Positions 27,311-35,985 of a DNA stretch of 64,000 nucleotides are shown here, one piece after another (the first letter of the stretch is position 1; every line of letters begins with the position of its first letter). The stretch is from Pseudomonadales bacterium (GTDB lineage Bacteria > Pseudomonadota > Gammaproteobacteria > Pseudomonadales > IMCC2047): assembly GCA_024234615.1 (NCBI GenBank), contig JACKNY010000001.1, positions 1,176,012-1,240,011 on the forward strand. The letters are read 5' to 3'. The position numbers and the translations under genes were made by a program. The notes beneath the pieces are model-generated. The model had not been told where the DNA came from. It ran no database searches and worked only from the letters and a program-made list of their open reading frames with translations.

Positions 27311-28234
27311 ATGACTAAAGCATTAGTAATCAGGGACTTAAAAAAGGTTTATGCGGGTGGAGTTGAAGCCCTTAAAGGTATTAACCTTGATGTTAAACAG
27401 GGTGATTTTTTTGGCTTGCTTGGGCCAAATGGTGCGGGTAAATCCACTACTCTGAGTATTATTACTTCTCTCGTCAATAAAACTTCCGGCACGGTGGCGG
27501 TATTCGGTTACGATATTGATACTCACTTTTCGCAGGCAAAAAAACACTTGGGCGTGGTACCGCAGGAGTTTAACTTTAGCCAGTTTGAGAAGGTCTTCGA
27601 CATCGTGGTGACGCAGGGCGGTTACTATGGTATTCCGCTCAAGCTCGCGCGTCAGCGTGCTGAACACTACTTGAAAAAAATTGGCCTTTGGGATAAACGC
27701 AATACTCAGGCACGTATGTTGTCGGGGGGTATGAAGCGCAGATTGATGATTGCCCGCGCATTAATTCATGAGCCTAAGGTATTGATTTTAGATGAGCCGA
27801 CTGCCGGGGTTGATATTGAATTGCGCCGCTCCATGTGGGAGTTTTTACGAGAGATTAATGCCCAGGGCGTCACTATTATTTTGACCACTCACTACCTGGA
27901 AGAGGCCGAAAGCCTGTGTCGTAATATTGCGATTATTGATAAGGGTAAAATCATTCAGGACTCGAACACGCGTGCGCTCATAAGCCAGTTGAATTTGGAA
28001 ACCTTTATTTTTGATGTGACCAATGAACTGGAAATGGCGCCGGAAATAAGCGGCTATGCGACACGGCTGGTTGATAATCATTGCTTTGAGGCAATAGTGG
28101 TGCGGGAACAGGGGCTGAATCCCATTTTTGAAAGCCTCTCTGCGCAGGGAATCCAGGTTCGGAGCATGCGCAATAAGGCAAATCGTTTGGAAGAACTCTT
28201 CGTTTCTCTAGTGGAAGCGGGGAGAGTGGCGTGA
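27311..28234 (+). CDS. ABC-2 type transporter ATP-binding protein (YadG-like)
   Basis: Walker A GPNGAGKST, signature LSGGMKRRLMIARA and Walker B LILDEPTAG. Confidence 0.88.
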   Translation: MTKALVIRDLKKVYAGGVEALKGINLDVKQGDFFGLLGPNGAGKSTTLSIITSLVNKTSGTVAVFGYDIDTHFSQAKKHLGVVPQEFNFSQFEKVFDIVVTQGGYYGIPLKLARQRAEHYLKKIGLWDKRNTQARMLSGGMKRRLMIARALIHEPKVLILDEPTAGVDIELRRSMWEFLREINAQGVTIILTTHYLEEAESLCRNIAIIDKGKIIQDSNTRALISQLNLETFIFDVTNELEMAPEISGYATRLVDNHCFEAIVVREQGLNPIFESLSAQGIQVRSMRNKANRLEELFVSLVEAGRVA

Positions 28235-29004
28235 GTTTCTACGAGCTTTGGATTAGTTTTAGCACTATAGTCATCAAAGAAGTACGTCGATTTCTACGTA
28301 TCTGGGTGCAAACTCTGATTCCTCCTATCATTACCATGGCGCTGTATTTTGTAATTTTCGGTAATTTGATTGGCCGTCGGGTGGGTGAGATGGGCGGCTT
28401 TGACTATGTCGCTTATATCGTGCCCGGGTTGATTATGATGTCGGTTATCACTAATTCGTATTCAAATGTGGTTTCCTCTTTCTACAGCGCCAAATTCCAG
28501 AATCAGATAGAAGAAGTGCTGGTTTCGCCAACGCCAAACTTCTTGATATTAGTTGGCTACATTGTGGGTGGCGTAGCGCGCGGGTTGATTGTAGGTTTTA
28601 TCGTAACCTTGGTGTCTCTGTTCTTTACCGACCTGCATATCGCCCATGTGGGTATAATGCTCTCTGTGGTCGTATTGACCTCTATATTGTTTGCGCTGGC
28701 CGGATTTCTAAATGCAATTTACGCCAAGAACTTTGACGATATCTCGATCATTCCCAATTTTGTACTAACGCCGCTGACTTACCTGGGCGGCGTTTTTTAT
28801 TCGATTGATTTATTACCCGAATTTTGGCGCAATCTGTCATTAATTAATCCCATTCTATACATGGTCAATGCCTTTCGATTTGGCGTATTGGGCGTTTCAG
28901 ATATCGATGTGGTTACCGCTTTCGGTGTGATCATGCTGTTTATCCTGGCGTTCTTTGTCTTAGGTTTGTATTTGCTTAAACATAGCAAAGGACTGCGCAG
29001 TTAA
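28231..29004 (+). CDS. ABC-2 type transporter permease (YadH-like), copy 1
   Basis: A six-TM ABC-2 pattern. The start overlaps the ATPase stop. Confidence 0.8.
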   Translation: MSFYELWISFSTIVIKEVRRFLRIWVQTLIPPIITMALYFVIFGNLIGRRVGEMGGFDYVAYIVPGLIMMSVITNSYSNVVSSFYSAKFQNQIEEVLVSPTPNFLILVGYIVGGVARGLIVGFIVTLVSLFFTDLHIAHVGIMLSVVVLTSILFALAGFLNAIYAKNFDDISIIPNFVLTPLTYLGGVFYSIDLLPEFWRNLSLINPILYMVNAFRFGVLGVSDIDVVTAFGVIMLFILAFFVLGLYLLKHSKGLRS

Positions 29005-29780
29005 TGGAACAATGCCTTAATAATTGGGCGGCCTTTCCCACGATATTCCGTGGAGAGGTGAAAAGATTTCTGTCGATTTGGCTTGAGACTCTGGTTCCTT
29101 CGGCTATAAGTTTGACGCTCTATTTGATTATTTTTGGCAATCTGATTGGCGATCGCGTTGGTTCAATGCGGGGGATTAGCTATCTGGAATTTATTGTCCC
29201 CGGGCTTATCATGCTAAGTGTCATTATGAGCGCGTATGAAAATGTGACCTTTTCTCTCTATATGGCGAAATTCGAGCATTGCATTGAAGAAATGCTGATT
29301 GCCCCGATACCGGGTTATGTCATGTTAGCGGGTTATATCGCGGGTGGTATCGCGCGTGGTTTGATTGTGGGGCTAATGGCATTGGCTATCTGCGCTGTTT
29401 TTGGTTCCATTAAGGTTGCCAGCCCTGCTATTGTGCTATTAACCCTGCTCATGGCCTCGGCGATATTTTCCATGGCGGGTTTTATCAATGCGCTATTTGC
29501 GAATAATTTTGATGATGTTTCTATTATTCCTACCTTTGTTTTAACGCCACTGATTTATTTGGGTGGGGTCTTTTATACTATCGAAATGCTGCCTGACTTT
29601 TGGCGTCACCTATCCCTGCTCAATCCAATACTTTATATCATCAGTGCTGCCCGTTATGGGTTTACTGGCATAATAGAGGTTAATCTGGGCTTGGCTTTTG
29701 CCATGATGTCGAGTTTTATGCTCTTGTTCTTTTGTGCCTGTCTCTGGTTGCTAAAAAGAGGCGTTGGTCTCAGAAGCTAA
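29004..29780 (+). CDS. ABC-2 type transporter permease (YadH-like), copy 2 (tandem paralog)
   Basis: It aligns along its whole length with copy 1 (for example IFGNLIG.RVG.M.G..Y..FIVPGLIM.SVI). The start overlaps the upstream stop by 1 nt. Confidence 0.8.
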   Translation: MEQCLNNWAAFPTIFRGEVKRFLSIWLETLVPSAISLTLYLIIFGNLIGDRVGSMRGISYLEFIVPGLIMLSVIMSAYENVTFSLYMAKFEHCIEEMLIAPIPGYVMLAGYIAGGIARGLIVGLMALAICAVFGSIKVASPAIVLLTLLMASAIFSMAGFINALFANNFDDVSIIPTFVLTPLIYLGGVFYTIEMLPDFWRHLSLLNPILYIISAARYGFTGIIEVNLGLAFAMMSSFMLLFFCACLWLLKRGVGLRS

Positions 29781-29800
29781 AGATCAGTATAGGATTGTCA

Positions 29801-30628
29801 ATGAAGAAAAATACACCTCAGGACTCACTGCTCGGCAAAGAAAGTGGCTATCCCAGCACCTATGCGCCTGAGTTGCTATTTGCTATTCCCCGGTCAAACG
29901 GACGAGCTGAGCTGGGTATCGATGGCCCGTTACCTTTTTATGGCGCTGATCGTTGGACCGCTTATGAGTTGTCCTGGCTTAACGGTAAGGGAAAGCCCCA
30001 GGTGGCAATGGCGGAATTTGTTGTACCCTGTGATTCTCCTTGTCTTATCGAGTCTAAATCACTCAAGCTTTATCTTAACTCATTGAATCAATCAAAATAT
30101 CAAAAAAAACAAGAGGTTAAAAGTTTAATAGAAAGTGATTTGTCATCATGTGCGGGCGGTGAAGTAACGGTTTATATAAGTGTTCTTAAGGACACAGCGG
30201 GAGAGTTTTACAATGTCAGCAAGTACCTTTGCATAGATGATTTGGATGTGGAAATTAATCAATACCAACCTGATCCGTCGCAGTTAGGCGTCGATACGCA
30301 GAGCCAGACCAGTGAGCGATTAGTCAGCCATTTACTTAAATCCAACTGTCCGGTTACCGGTCAGCCCGACTGGGCAAGTCTTTTTATCGATTATTCCGGT
30401 GTGCGGATTGATCACGCCGGATTACTGAGATACCTTATTTCGTACCGAGAACATATGGGTTTTCATGAACAATGCATTGAGCAAATATTTATGGATATCA
30501 TGCGTGAATGCGCACCATTAGAGCTAACAGTCAACGCAAGGTATTTGCGCAGAGGCGGACTGGATATTAACCCCGTGCGCTCAACTCAGAAAGATTTCCA
30601 GGTTATTGGGCGTCAAGTGAGGCAGTAG
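29801..30628 (+). CDS. queF: NADPH-dependent 7-cyano-7-deazaguanine reductase (two-domain type)
   Basis: SNCPVTGQPDWASLFIDYSG contains the QueF catalytic Cys motif. The C-terminal part includes FHEQCIEQIF. ATG 29801 is preferred over the track start 29732, which overlaps the permease. Confidence 0.85.
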   Translation: MKKNTPQDSLLGKESGYPSTYAPELLFAIPRSNGRAELGIDGPLPFYGADRWTAYELSWLNGKGKPQVAMAEFVVPCDSPCLIESKSLKLYLNSLNQSKYQKKQEVKSLIESDLSSCAGGEVTVYISVLKDTAGEFYNVSKYLCIDDLDVEINQYQPDPSQLGVDTQSQTSERLVSHLLKSNCPVTGQPDWASLFIDYSGVRIDHAGLLRYLISYREHMGFHEQCIEQIFMDIMRECAPLELTVNARYLRRGGLDINPVRSTQKDFQVIGRQVRQ

Positions 30629-30681
30629 AAAGAATAGAGAGACCAAACCTAACAGTTGCCACTGGCAGCAGGAGTAGAAAA

Positions 30682-31164
30682 ATGTCTAAGTTATATGATT
30701 TTAGTTTGCTTGATATTGACGGTAACGCGCTTAATCTGTCGCAATTCAAAGGTAAACCGGTATTGTTGGTGAATGTTGCCAGCAAGTGTGGTCTGACTCC
30801 GCAATATGAAGCCTTACAGGCTCTTTATCGGGAGTATCAAGGCGATGGTTTAGTTGTGCTGGGTATCCCCTGTAACCAGTTTGGTGGGCAGGAGCCGGGA
30901 ACCGAGAGCGAAATAAAGGACTTTTGTAGCACCAATTTTAAAGTCTCTTTTCCGATGAGCAGCAAAGTTGATGTCAACGGGGAAGGGCGGCACCCTCTTT
31001 ATCAGTGGTTAGCCGGAGACGGGGCAGCGTTTCCCGGTGATATTACCTGGAACTTTGAGAAGTTTTTAATTAGCGGCGCTGGTGAAGTGGTGGCCAGGTT
31101 CGGCCCTAAAACTGCGCCTGATGAGGCTGAAGTAAAAAGTGCTATTGAGAGAGCATTGCCTTAA
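30682..31164 (+). CDS. Glutathione peroxidase family protein (BtuE-like)
   Basis: LLVNVASKCGLTPQYEALQALY, LGIPCNQFGGQEPG and WNFEKFLI motifs. Confidence 0.9.
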   Translation: MSKLYDFSLLDIDGNALNLSQFKGKPVLLVNVASKCGLTPQYEALQALYREYQGDGLVVLGIPCNQFGGQEPGTESEIKDFCSTNFKVSFPMSSKVDVNGEGRHPLYQWLAGDGAAFPGDITWNFEKFLISGAGEVVARFGPKTAPDEAEVKSAIERALP

Positions 31165-31261
31165 GTTTCTAGTCCTAAGCTACCATTAATGCGCTCAGTT
31201 ACCTGGTGCTGGTGAAGGGGCTGAACAAAAGTAGATCATAGGTTGTTTTAAGGAATCATTG

Positions 31262-31837
31262 ATGGATGTATTAACCGCACTACACAACCGGGTTTCATGT
31301 GCTTTATTAACTGAGCCTGGTCCTAGCGCAGAGCAGCTCGAAATAATGTTAAAAGCTGCGGTGCGGGCACCGGATCATGCCAATCTTCGTCCCTGGCGTT
31401 TTTTGTTGATTGAGGGGGCAGCGCGAGAGCAACTGGGTGAGGTCTTGGTGCAGGCTGCACTAACCGACACACCGGATTCTGCGCCAGAGGCGCTTGATAA
31501 AGTCCGACGCAAAACGCTACGTGCGCCGACTATTGTGGTTGTTGTGGCAAAATTGACAGAGCATCCCAAGGTTCCTGAAATAGAGCAAATCATCACTGCA
31601 GGTGCCGCCGCCACTAATTTGGTTACGGCGGCTTTTGCTTTAGGCGTTGGCGCCTATTGGAGAACGGGGGGCGCCGCCTATCATTCAGTTGTTAAAGAAG
31701 GATTGGGTTTGGCCAAAAATGAGGTCATTATAGGCTTTATCTATCTGGGTACGCCCCAAGTAAAACTAAAACCTGCTCCGGAGATACGCATTCGGGATGT
31801 TCTTGTGAGTTGGGGCAAAATTGACGTTGCTTCCTGA
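31262..31837 (+). CDS. NAD(P)H nitroreductase family protein (YdjA-like)
   Basis: AVRAPDHANLRPWRFLLIEG and typical size. AAGGAA lies 6 nt upstream of ATG 31262. Confidence 0.75.
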   Translation: MDVLTALHNRVSCALLTEPGPSAEQLEIMLKAAVRAPDHANLRPWRFLLIEGAAREQLGEVLVQAALTDTPDSAPEALDKVRRKTLRAPTIVVVVAKLTEHPKVPEIEQIITAGAAATNLVTAAFALGVGAYWRTGGAAYHSVVKEGLGLAKNEVIIGFIYLGTPQVKLKPAPEIRIRDVLVSWGKIDVAS

Positions 31838-32270
31838 CTTTGTTGAATCGAGTTATTGTCAGATTCCTCTGTTAAAGGCAATGGGGATGACGGTCGCCGA
31901 ATATGATGGTAATAGGCTGTCGTTAGCCTTTCCGTTAGCGCCAAACATCAACGATAAAGGTACCGGTTTTGCGGGTTCTTTAAATGCGGCGACAACCTAT
32001 TGTGCCTGGTCGTTGCTACATTTGTTTTTAAAGCAAAAAGGATTCTATTTAGACTTGGCTGTGGTCAGTAGTCAGAGCGAATACCGTCTGCCAATCACCG
32101 CTGACTTTAGGGTTGAGTCTTATTTGCCGGCAACGGACATCTTAAAAACGTTTATAGTGAAGTTGGAACAGAAGGGCAAAGGTAGCCTCGTACTAGAATC
32201 CAGGATTAAACAAGGGGCTGAAGTGGCTGTTTATTATCAAGGAACCTATGTTGCTTTTCCCAAGTCGTAG
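31821..32270 (+). CDS. Hotdog-fold thioesterase-like protein (YiiD C-terminal-domain type)
   Basis: IPLLKAMGMTV...LAFPLAPNINDKGTGFAGSLNAATTYCAW resembles the YiiD_Cterm family. The TTG start is uncertain. Confidence 0.5.
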   Translation: MTLLPDFVESSYCQIPLLKAMGMTVAEYDGNRLSLAFPLAPNINDKGTGFAGSLNAATTYCAWSLLHLFLKQKGFYLDLAVVSSQSEYRLPITADFRVESYLPATDILKTFIVKLEQKGKGSLVLESRIKQGAEVAVYYQGTYVAFPKS

Positions 32271-32426
32271 GGTTTTTGCGGCGTTGCATTTCACCAGACC
32301 CTAGTATAAAGTACGCGCTCTTTTTCGAGCATCAAATTACACAAGTGTATTTGTTTGAAAAAGCTACATCCACGCAGGCGTGCGGACGCGTTGTAGTTTG
32401 AAAGCAACAAGAAGTTGAACGCATTT

Positions 32427-32514
32427 GGTGAGGTGTCCGAGTGGTCGAAGGAGCACGCCTGGAAAGTGTGTAAGTCGCAAGGCTTCGTGGGTTCAAATCC
32501 CACCCTCACCGCCA
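32427..32514 (+). tRNA. tRNA-Ser (anticodon GGA)
   Basis: GGTGAGGTGTCCGAGTGGTCGAAGGAGCACGCCTGGAAAGTGTG...GGTTCAAATCCCACCCTCACCGCCA has a long variable arm and the anticodon loop CTGGAAA. The antisense 74-aa ORF 32291-32515 is the usual tRNA artefact. Confidence 0.93.
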
Positions 32515-32556
32515 AATTAGCAAAAAAACTTGAATCGGCAGGTAGTTAGCGCCGCT

Positions 32557-32595
32557 GGCTCTAGGCTCTACCCCAGGCTCTACCGGCTCTACCCC
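32557..32595. repeat. Four tandem or partial copies of GGCTCTA(CC(CC)), a possible terminal repeat of the ISL3 remnant
   Basis: GGCTCTA starts at 32557, 32564, 32576 and 32585. The repeat lies between tRNA-Ser and the transposase fragment stop codon. Confidence 0.4.
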
Positions 32596-32616
32596 ATTAT
32601 CGGGGGATAGCACTCA

Positions 32617-32805
32617 TCAAACCCGGTTGATAATACCATCCCACCCGCAGTGGGCCAGCACTCTTAATCGGTAATTCTCAAAGTTTCTAAAACCATACGC
32701 TCGTCTCGAGATCATTTCCATCTTGTGGTGTGTTGATTGGCGTGTAAAACTGTCCAGATTATGGCCGCACCCTCTGCTGGATACTTTTCGATGCCAATTG
32801 ACACA
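32617..32805 (-). mobile_element. 3'-terminal remnant of an ISL3-family transposase gene (truncated, degraded)
   Basis: My minus-strand translation is ...LDSFTRQSTHHKMEMISRRAYGFRNFENYRLRVLAHCGWDGIINRV*. RRAYGFRNFENYRLRV is the conserved ISL3 transposase C-terminus as I recall it. No upstream catalytic part is present. Confidence 0.65.
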
Positions 32806-32831
32806 TGTAGGCTCATGTACCCAATAAACGA

Positions 32832-33008
32832 ATGCTTCCGTTCACGCTTTCTTACTGCTCACGCCGCGAGCGTGCACGCGAGACCGCCGCCTGCGATCCC
32901 TCGCGCTTCATCGTCGAACTCGGTGATGATGTTCGCATGCCCAAAAAACCCAGCAGCGCCGACGTCAAGTCCAGCGGTAGCGACAGGCTCGCGGCGCTGT
33001 GGGCTGAG
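32832..33008 (+). pseudogene. rep: 3' fragment of a Rep/UvrD-family helicase gene
   Basis: FTLSYCSRRERARETAACDPSRFIVELGDD parallels the E. coli Rep C-terminus [31 protein letters not shown]. A stop codon lies immediately upstream and no helicase core is present. Confidence 0.55.
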
Positions 33009-33092
33009 ACACAACCCAGCAATCAAGACAGGGGCATCCCTCCTAAACTCACGTCCAGGGGCCTGCAACGACCGTACTTCGGCCCGAATATC

Positions 33093-33839
33093 TTATTGAC
33101 GCAGATCCCAAATCTGCCGCCTCCAGAGCAACTCCCAGTCGGCCAAACTTGCGTTCTCCCTCAGCAAGCCATCGATCAGATGCTGCCTCAATGCTGCGGG
33201 TTCATGATGCGAATCCGTAAGCAACTCCTGCAACAATTGACGGCGTTGCTGCTGAATACGGTCATCGGGGTGATGCATCAAGGCATAGACCAGCGCCCAA
33301 TAGGCCGCATAGTACTGCGAGGCGTTATATGAATCCGGATCCCGGGTGAGCAGGCGCATCAAAGCGGGGGCTTTGCCCCACTTCAGCATCTGGATGAACT
33401 CTTTTAGACGTTGTTTGTTGACGTGGCCCGCCACTTTCTTCTCGCCTTCGTCCGCCACTTCCATGTACAGGGAGATTCCCTCATTCAGCCAGGTGGGAAG
33501 CGGCCCGAAAGCCTGGCTCAGGTAATGGTGGCTTGCTTCGTGGCGCAGTGCGACGTCCAGCCAGTATTCGTCACCGTTTCGGCAGGCCACATGCAAAACC
33601 CGCCCTTCCCGCTCGTAGTACCCGAAAATGGCCAAGTCATTGCCGTCCGGCAAGTCACGCGTATCCGGGTATAGAATAATCCTTAGCGCAGGAACCGTGG
33701 CGCCGAACTGAGCCTGCAAGCGACGATGCGCGTCCTGCCAGATTGACTCGGCTGATTTCATGTCGCACCCCCCGTCGGCACGAGCAAGTCCCGCAACGAC
33801 CAAGAGCAGATAACCTAGCAGTTGAGTCAGAGGGCTCAA
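33093..33839 (-). CDS. Secreted HExxH protein (DUF1570/MA-clan-like putative metallopeptidase)
   Basis: The motif ALRHEASHHYL is an HExxH sequence. Signal-like LLGYLLLVVAGLARA. The TTG at 33839 overlaps the upstream stop (TTGA), whereas the track start 33923 would overlap the upstream gene by 88 nt. Confidence 0.55.
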   Translation of the reverse strand: MSPLTQLLGYLLLVVAGLARADGGCDMKSAESIWQDAHRRLQAQFGATVPALRIILYPDTRDLPDGNDLAIFGYYEREGRVLHVACRNGDEYWLDVALRHEASHHYLSQAFGPLPTWLNEGISLYMEVADEGEKKVAGHVNKQRLKEFIQMLKWGKAPALMRLLTRDPDSYNASQYYAAYWALVYALMHHPDDRIQQQRRQLLQELLTDSHHEPAALRQHLIDGLLRENASLADWELLWRRQIWDLRQ

Positions 33840-34858
33840 TGTGGTGAAGGCGGCACAAAGAATTCGTCGCGGTAAGCATCCGCAACGGCCACGGTCAGCG
33901 CACGAATCGCCGGCTCGTCCCATGTTTGATCCTCGTTCAGGATTATGCTGCGTTTCACCCTCGCCTCCACCCGGAGCATGAACTCGTAGATGGCAATGAA
34001 TACCCTTTGTCTTGGCCCCGGCATATCGATGAATCCGACGCCATCCACCAGCCCCGCCTTGGCCGCGGCCAGCGCCAGCCGGGAACCCAGCTTAGGCGGG
34101 GCCACATCACGCTGGTCAGTGCGGATGTAATCCATCATCCTGCCCATGGTCGCGTCGTTGATCCAAAACCGATGGCGCAGCCGGGGATTGGCTTCCTGAT
34201 ATTCGGCCAGAATTTGGAAATTCGGATTGAGCAACGGGGCATTGGGTGAATTGATCCTGTCGAGCTGCAGGCCCAGGTGCTGTTGTGCCCAGCCGTCCCA
34301 ATAATCCTGCGCGCGCGGCGCCGGCTGAGGGAAGGGGTCGATCTCGGCGAGCCCGGCCAACCGGTACAACTGAGAGATGAAGCCCGCACAGTAGCTCGTG
34401 TTACTGTCGGCGCTGGGCCACTTCATGTCGTAATCGAACTTCAGCGGGCGCCCGGAAAGCGCTTGAAAGGCAACCGCCAATGCGCCAGCAGGGGGCTTGA
34501 CCCTGGGGCGAAGCAGGGCCAGACGAAAATTGCGCCTCAACATAGCATCCGGTTTGCTGACCTGTATGCCCGCATCGTTGAAGCCAATGATCCGCCCACC
34601 TTCCTTAGGCAACTCGATATAGATCGAAGCGTGGGTATAAAGACCTAACGGGTAGCCGAATTGCCGGTTAAACGACGAGACGATATTCAAACTATCATTC
34701 AGGATGATGTCGCCATCCTGCAGGGTCGTTGCCGTACCCGGAAATGGATGGGGTCCATTTGGCTGGGCTTCTTCGGCCCAGGCAGATGCGCAATAAAAAA
34801 AAGCCCCCAGTAAGAGGGCCTTTATCCAATGCCTACCTGGCACTAATTCAGTGCCCAC
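33836..34858 (-). CDS. Secreted YiiX/YaeF-like permuted papain-fold (C92-type) protein
   Basis: Signal peptide ALLLGAFFYCASAWA. The order DGDIIL...YTHASIYIE...GRPLKFDYDM...SYCAGFISQLY places His before Cys, as in the permuted NlpC/P60-like family. Confidence 0.5.
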   Translation of the reverse strand: MGTELVPGRHWIKALLLGAFFYCASAWAEEAQPNGPHPFPGTATTLQDGDIILNDSLNIVSSFNRQFGYPLGLYTHASIYIELPKEGGRIIGFNDAGIQVSKPDAMLRRNFRLALLRPRVKPPAGALAVAFQALSGRPLKFDYDMKWPSADSNTSYCAGFISQLYRLAGLAEIDPFPQPAPRAQDYWDGWAQQHLGLQLDRINSPNAPLLNPNFQILAEYQEANPRLRHRFWINDATMGRMMDYIRTDQRDVAPPKLGSRLALAAAKAGLVDGVGFIDMPGPRQRVFIAIYEFMLRVEARVKRSIILNEDQTWDEPAIRALTVAVADAYRDEFFVPPSPH

Positions 34859-35985
34859 GCGAAGTTGAGGCTTGCTGCAGTCGTGTCGAAGCCATCCCCG
34901 TCGACAGAGCGGCTCAGGTCAAACGAAAGAGCCGAAAAACTGCTGACATGGTGAGTGAAACCAAGTCCGATCGTATTGTAGCGTGAGGTATCGTCGAAGC
35001 TGTTCTGATGGAACTGGACGGCCTGAACACTTCCGCGCACGGACAGTTTGTCCGAGAGCTGGTGGCTCAAGCCTGCCGTGGCGAGGAGCATGTTGCCGGT
35101 TTTTCCCATCATGGATTCGGCGCCTTCGTTGCGATAGCCAATGGCCTCAAAACCAAGTTGTAAACGCGTCTCGGGCATGAGTTGCTTGCCAAATGAGGCG
35201 TTCAGGCTGGCGAAAGCGGTCTTCAAGTCGCTGAAATCAGCGTACTGGAAGGGACCCGCAGTATCACGCACGGCATTGACGTCCGAAAATGAGGTGTAGT
35301 TGTAGCCCAAGCGACCGCCGAGGTCCAGCGTCATACCATGCACCTGCTCCTTGAATAGGTGATAGCTCGGCGCGAAGGTGACCCCTAGCTGCTTATTGTC
35401 TAACGCAGAGTATTGACCGCTGTTCTCGGTATCCTGCAGGGGGATCCAGACGGTATAGCCCCAATCGCCAAAATCCTGCCTCAATGAGACGGCGATGGCC
35501 GTGCTACTCATCCGCTGCTTGCTGCCCAACAGGGAGGCATCACTGTCGATATTGGTTTGCCCATAGCCCAGACCGGCCGACAGATCGAGTACTTCGATGC
35601 TGACGTCCGAGGGGCGTACGCCGTAATCTGTACAGGTCTCCACCCCACTTGACGTTGTCGTGCAACTCTTCGTAATTTTGATCGCCGTCGGTTGGTGCGT
35701 GTCCGGATCAATAGTGTATTCGGTCGTTTCACACGTCTCGGATGGGCTAGACGGACTGCCATCTGATTTACAGTCCGTTCTCGTCATTCGATAGGGAGTT
35801 TTGGGACGTGGCGAGATAATGCCTGTCACTGTGGCTTCTGCGGTTTTTGTGGGATTTGTGGGATTTGTGGTAACAGGGCTGCAAAAACTCAGGGCAACAT
35901 AATCATGGGTAGCATGGTCATAGCACAGCTCCCCCCCTGTAAGCGTGTAGGGGGGGCCGCCATCGAGACAGGTGCAGCCATCCAT
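34843..35985 (-). CDS. Outer-membrane beta-barrel protein (autotransporter-beta-domain-like) with a Cys/Thr-rich N-terminal region. As an ORF it lacks a signal peptide.
   Basis: The C-terminal ~250 aa show alternating beta-strand patterns and end in ...AASLNFAWALN. The N-terminal region has about 8 Cys and a TNPTNPTK repeat. No RBS precedes ATG 35985. Confidence 0.55.
   Translation of the reverse strand: MDGCTCLDGGPPYTLTGGELCYDHATHDYVALSFCSPVTTNPTNPTKTAEATVTGIISPRPKTPYRMTRTDCKSDGSPSSPSETCETTEYTIDPDTHQPTAIKITKSCTTTSSGVETCTDYGVRPSDVSIEVLDLSAGLGYGQTNIDSDASLLGSKQRMSSTAIAVSLRQDFGDWGYTVWIPLQDTENSGQYSALDNKQLGVTFAPSYHLFKEQVHGMTLDLGGRLGYNYTSFSDVNAVRDTAGPFQYADFSDLKTAFASLNASFGKQLMPETRLQLGFEAIGYRNEGAESMMGKTGNMLLATAGLSHQLSDKLSVRGSVQAVQFHQNSFDDTSRYNTIGLGFTHHVSSFSALSFDLSRSVDGDGFDTTAASLNFAWALN
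35846..35870. repeat. 9-bp tandem repeat (TTTGTGGGA, about 2.8 copies) inside the barrel gene
   Basis: Seen directly. It encodes TNPTNPTK on the minus strand. Confidence 0.7.

Noticed and set aside
29732-29800. Upstream extensions of track ORFs (queF from 29732, copA from 36531, ybbA from 23502, PuuD from 58866, GT from 8511)
   Set aside because: In each case a downstream ATG with a better Shine-Dalgarno sequence or better agreement with known family N-termini exists. The extensions overlap neighbouring genes or are non-conserved-looking.
32737-33332. Track ORFs 32737-33099+ (120 aa) and 32832-33332+ (166 aa) as real genes
   Set aside because: Long open frames are expected in GC-rich DNA. 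The second ORF is only meaningful in its first ~59 codons (the Rep-like tail) and then runs antisense through the HExxH gene. The first is Ala/Pro/Arg-rich with no recognisable features.
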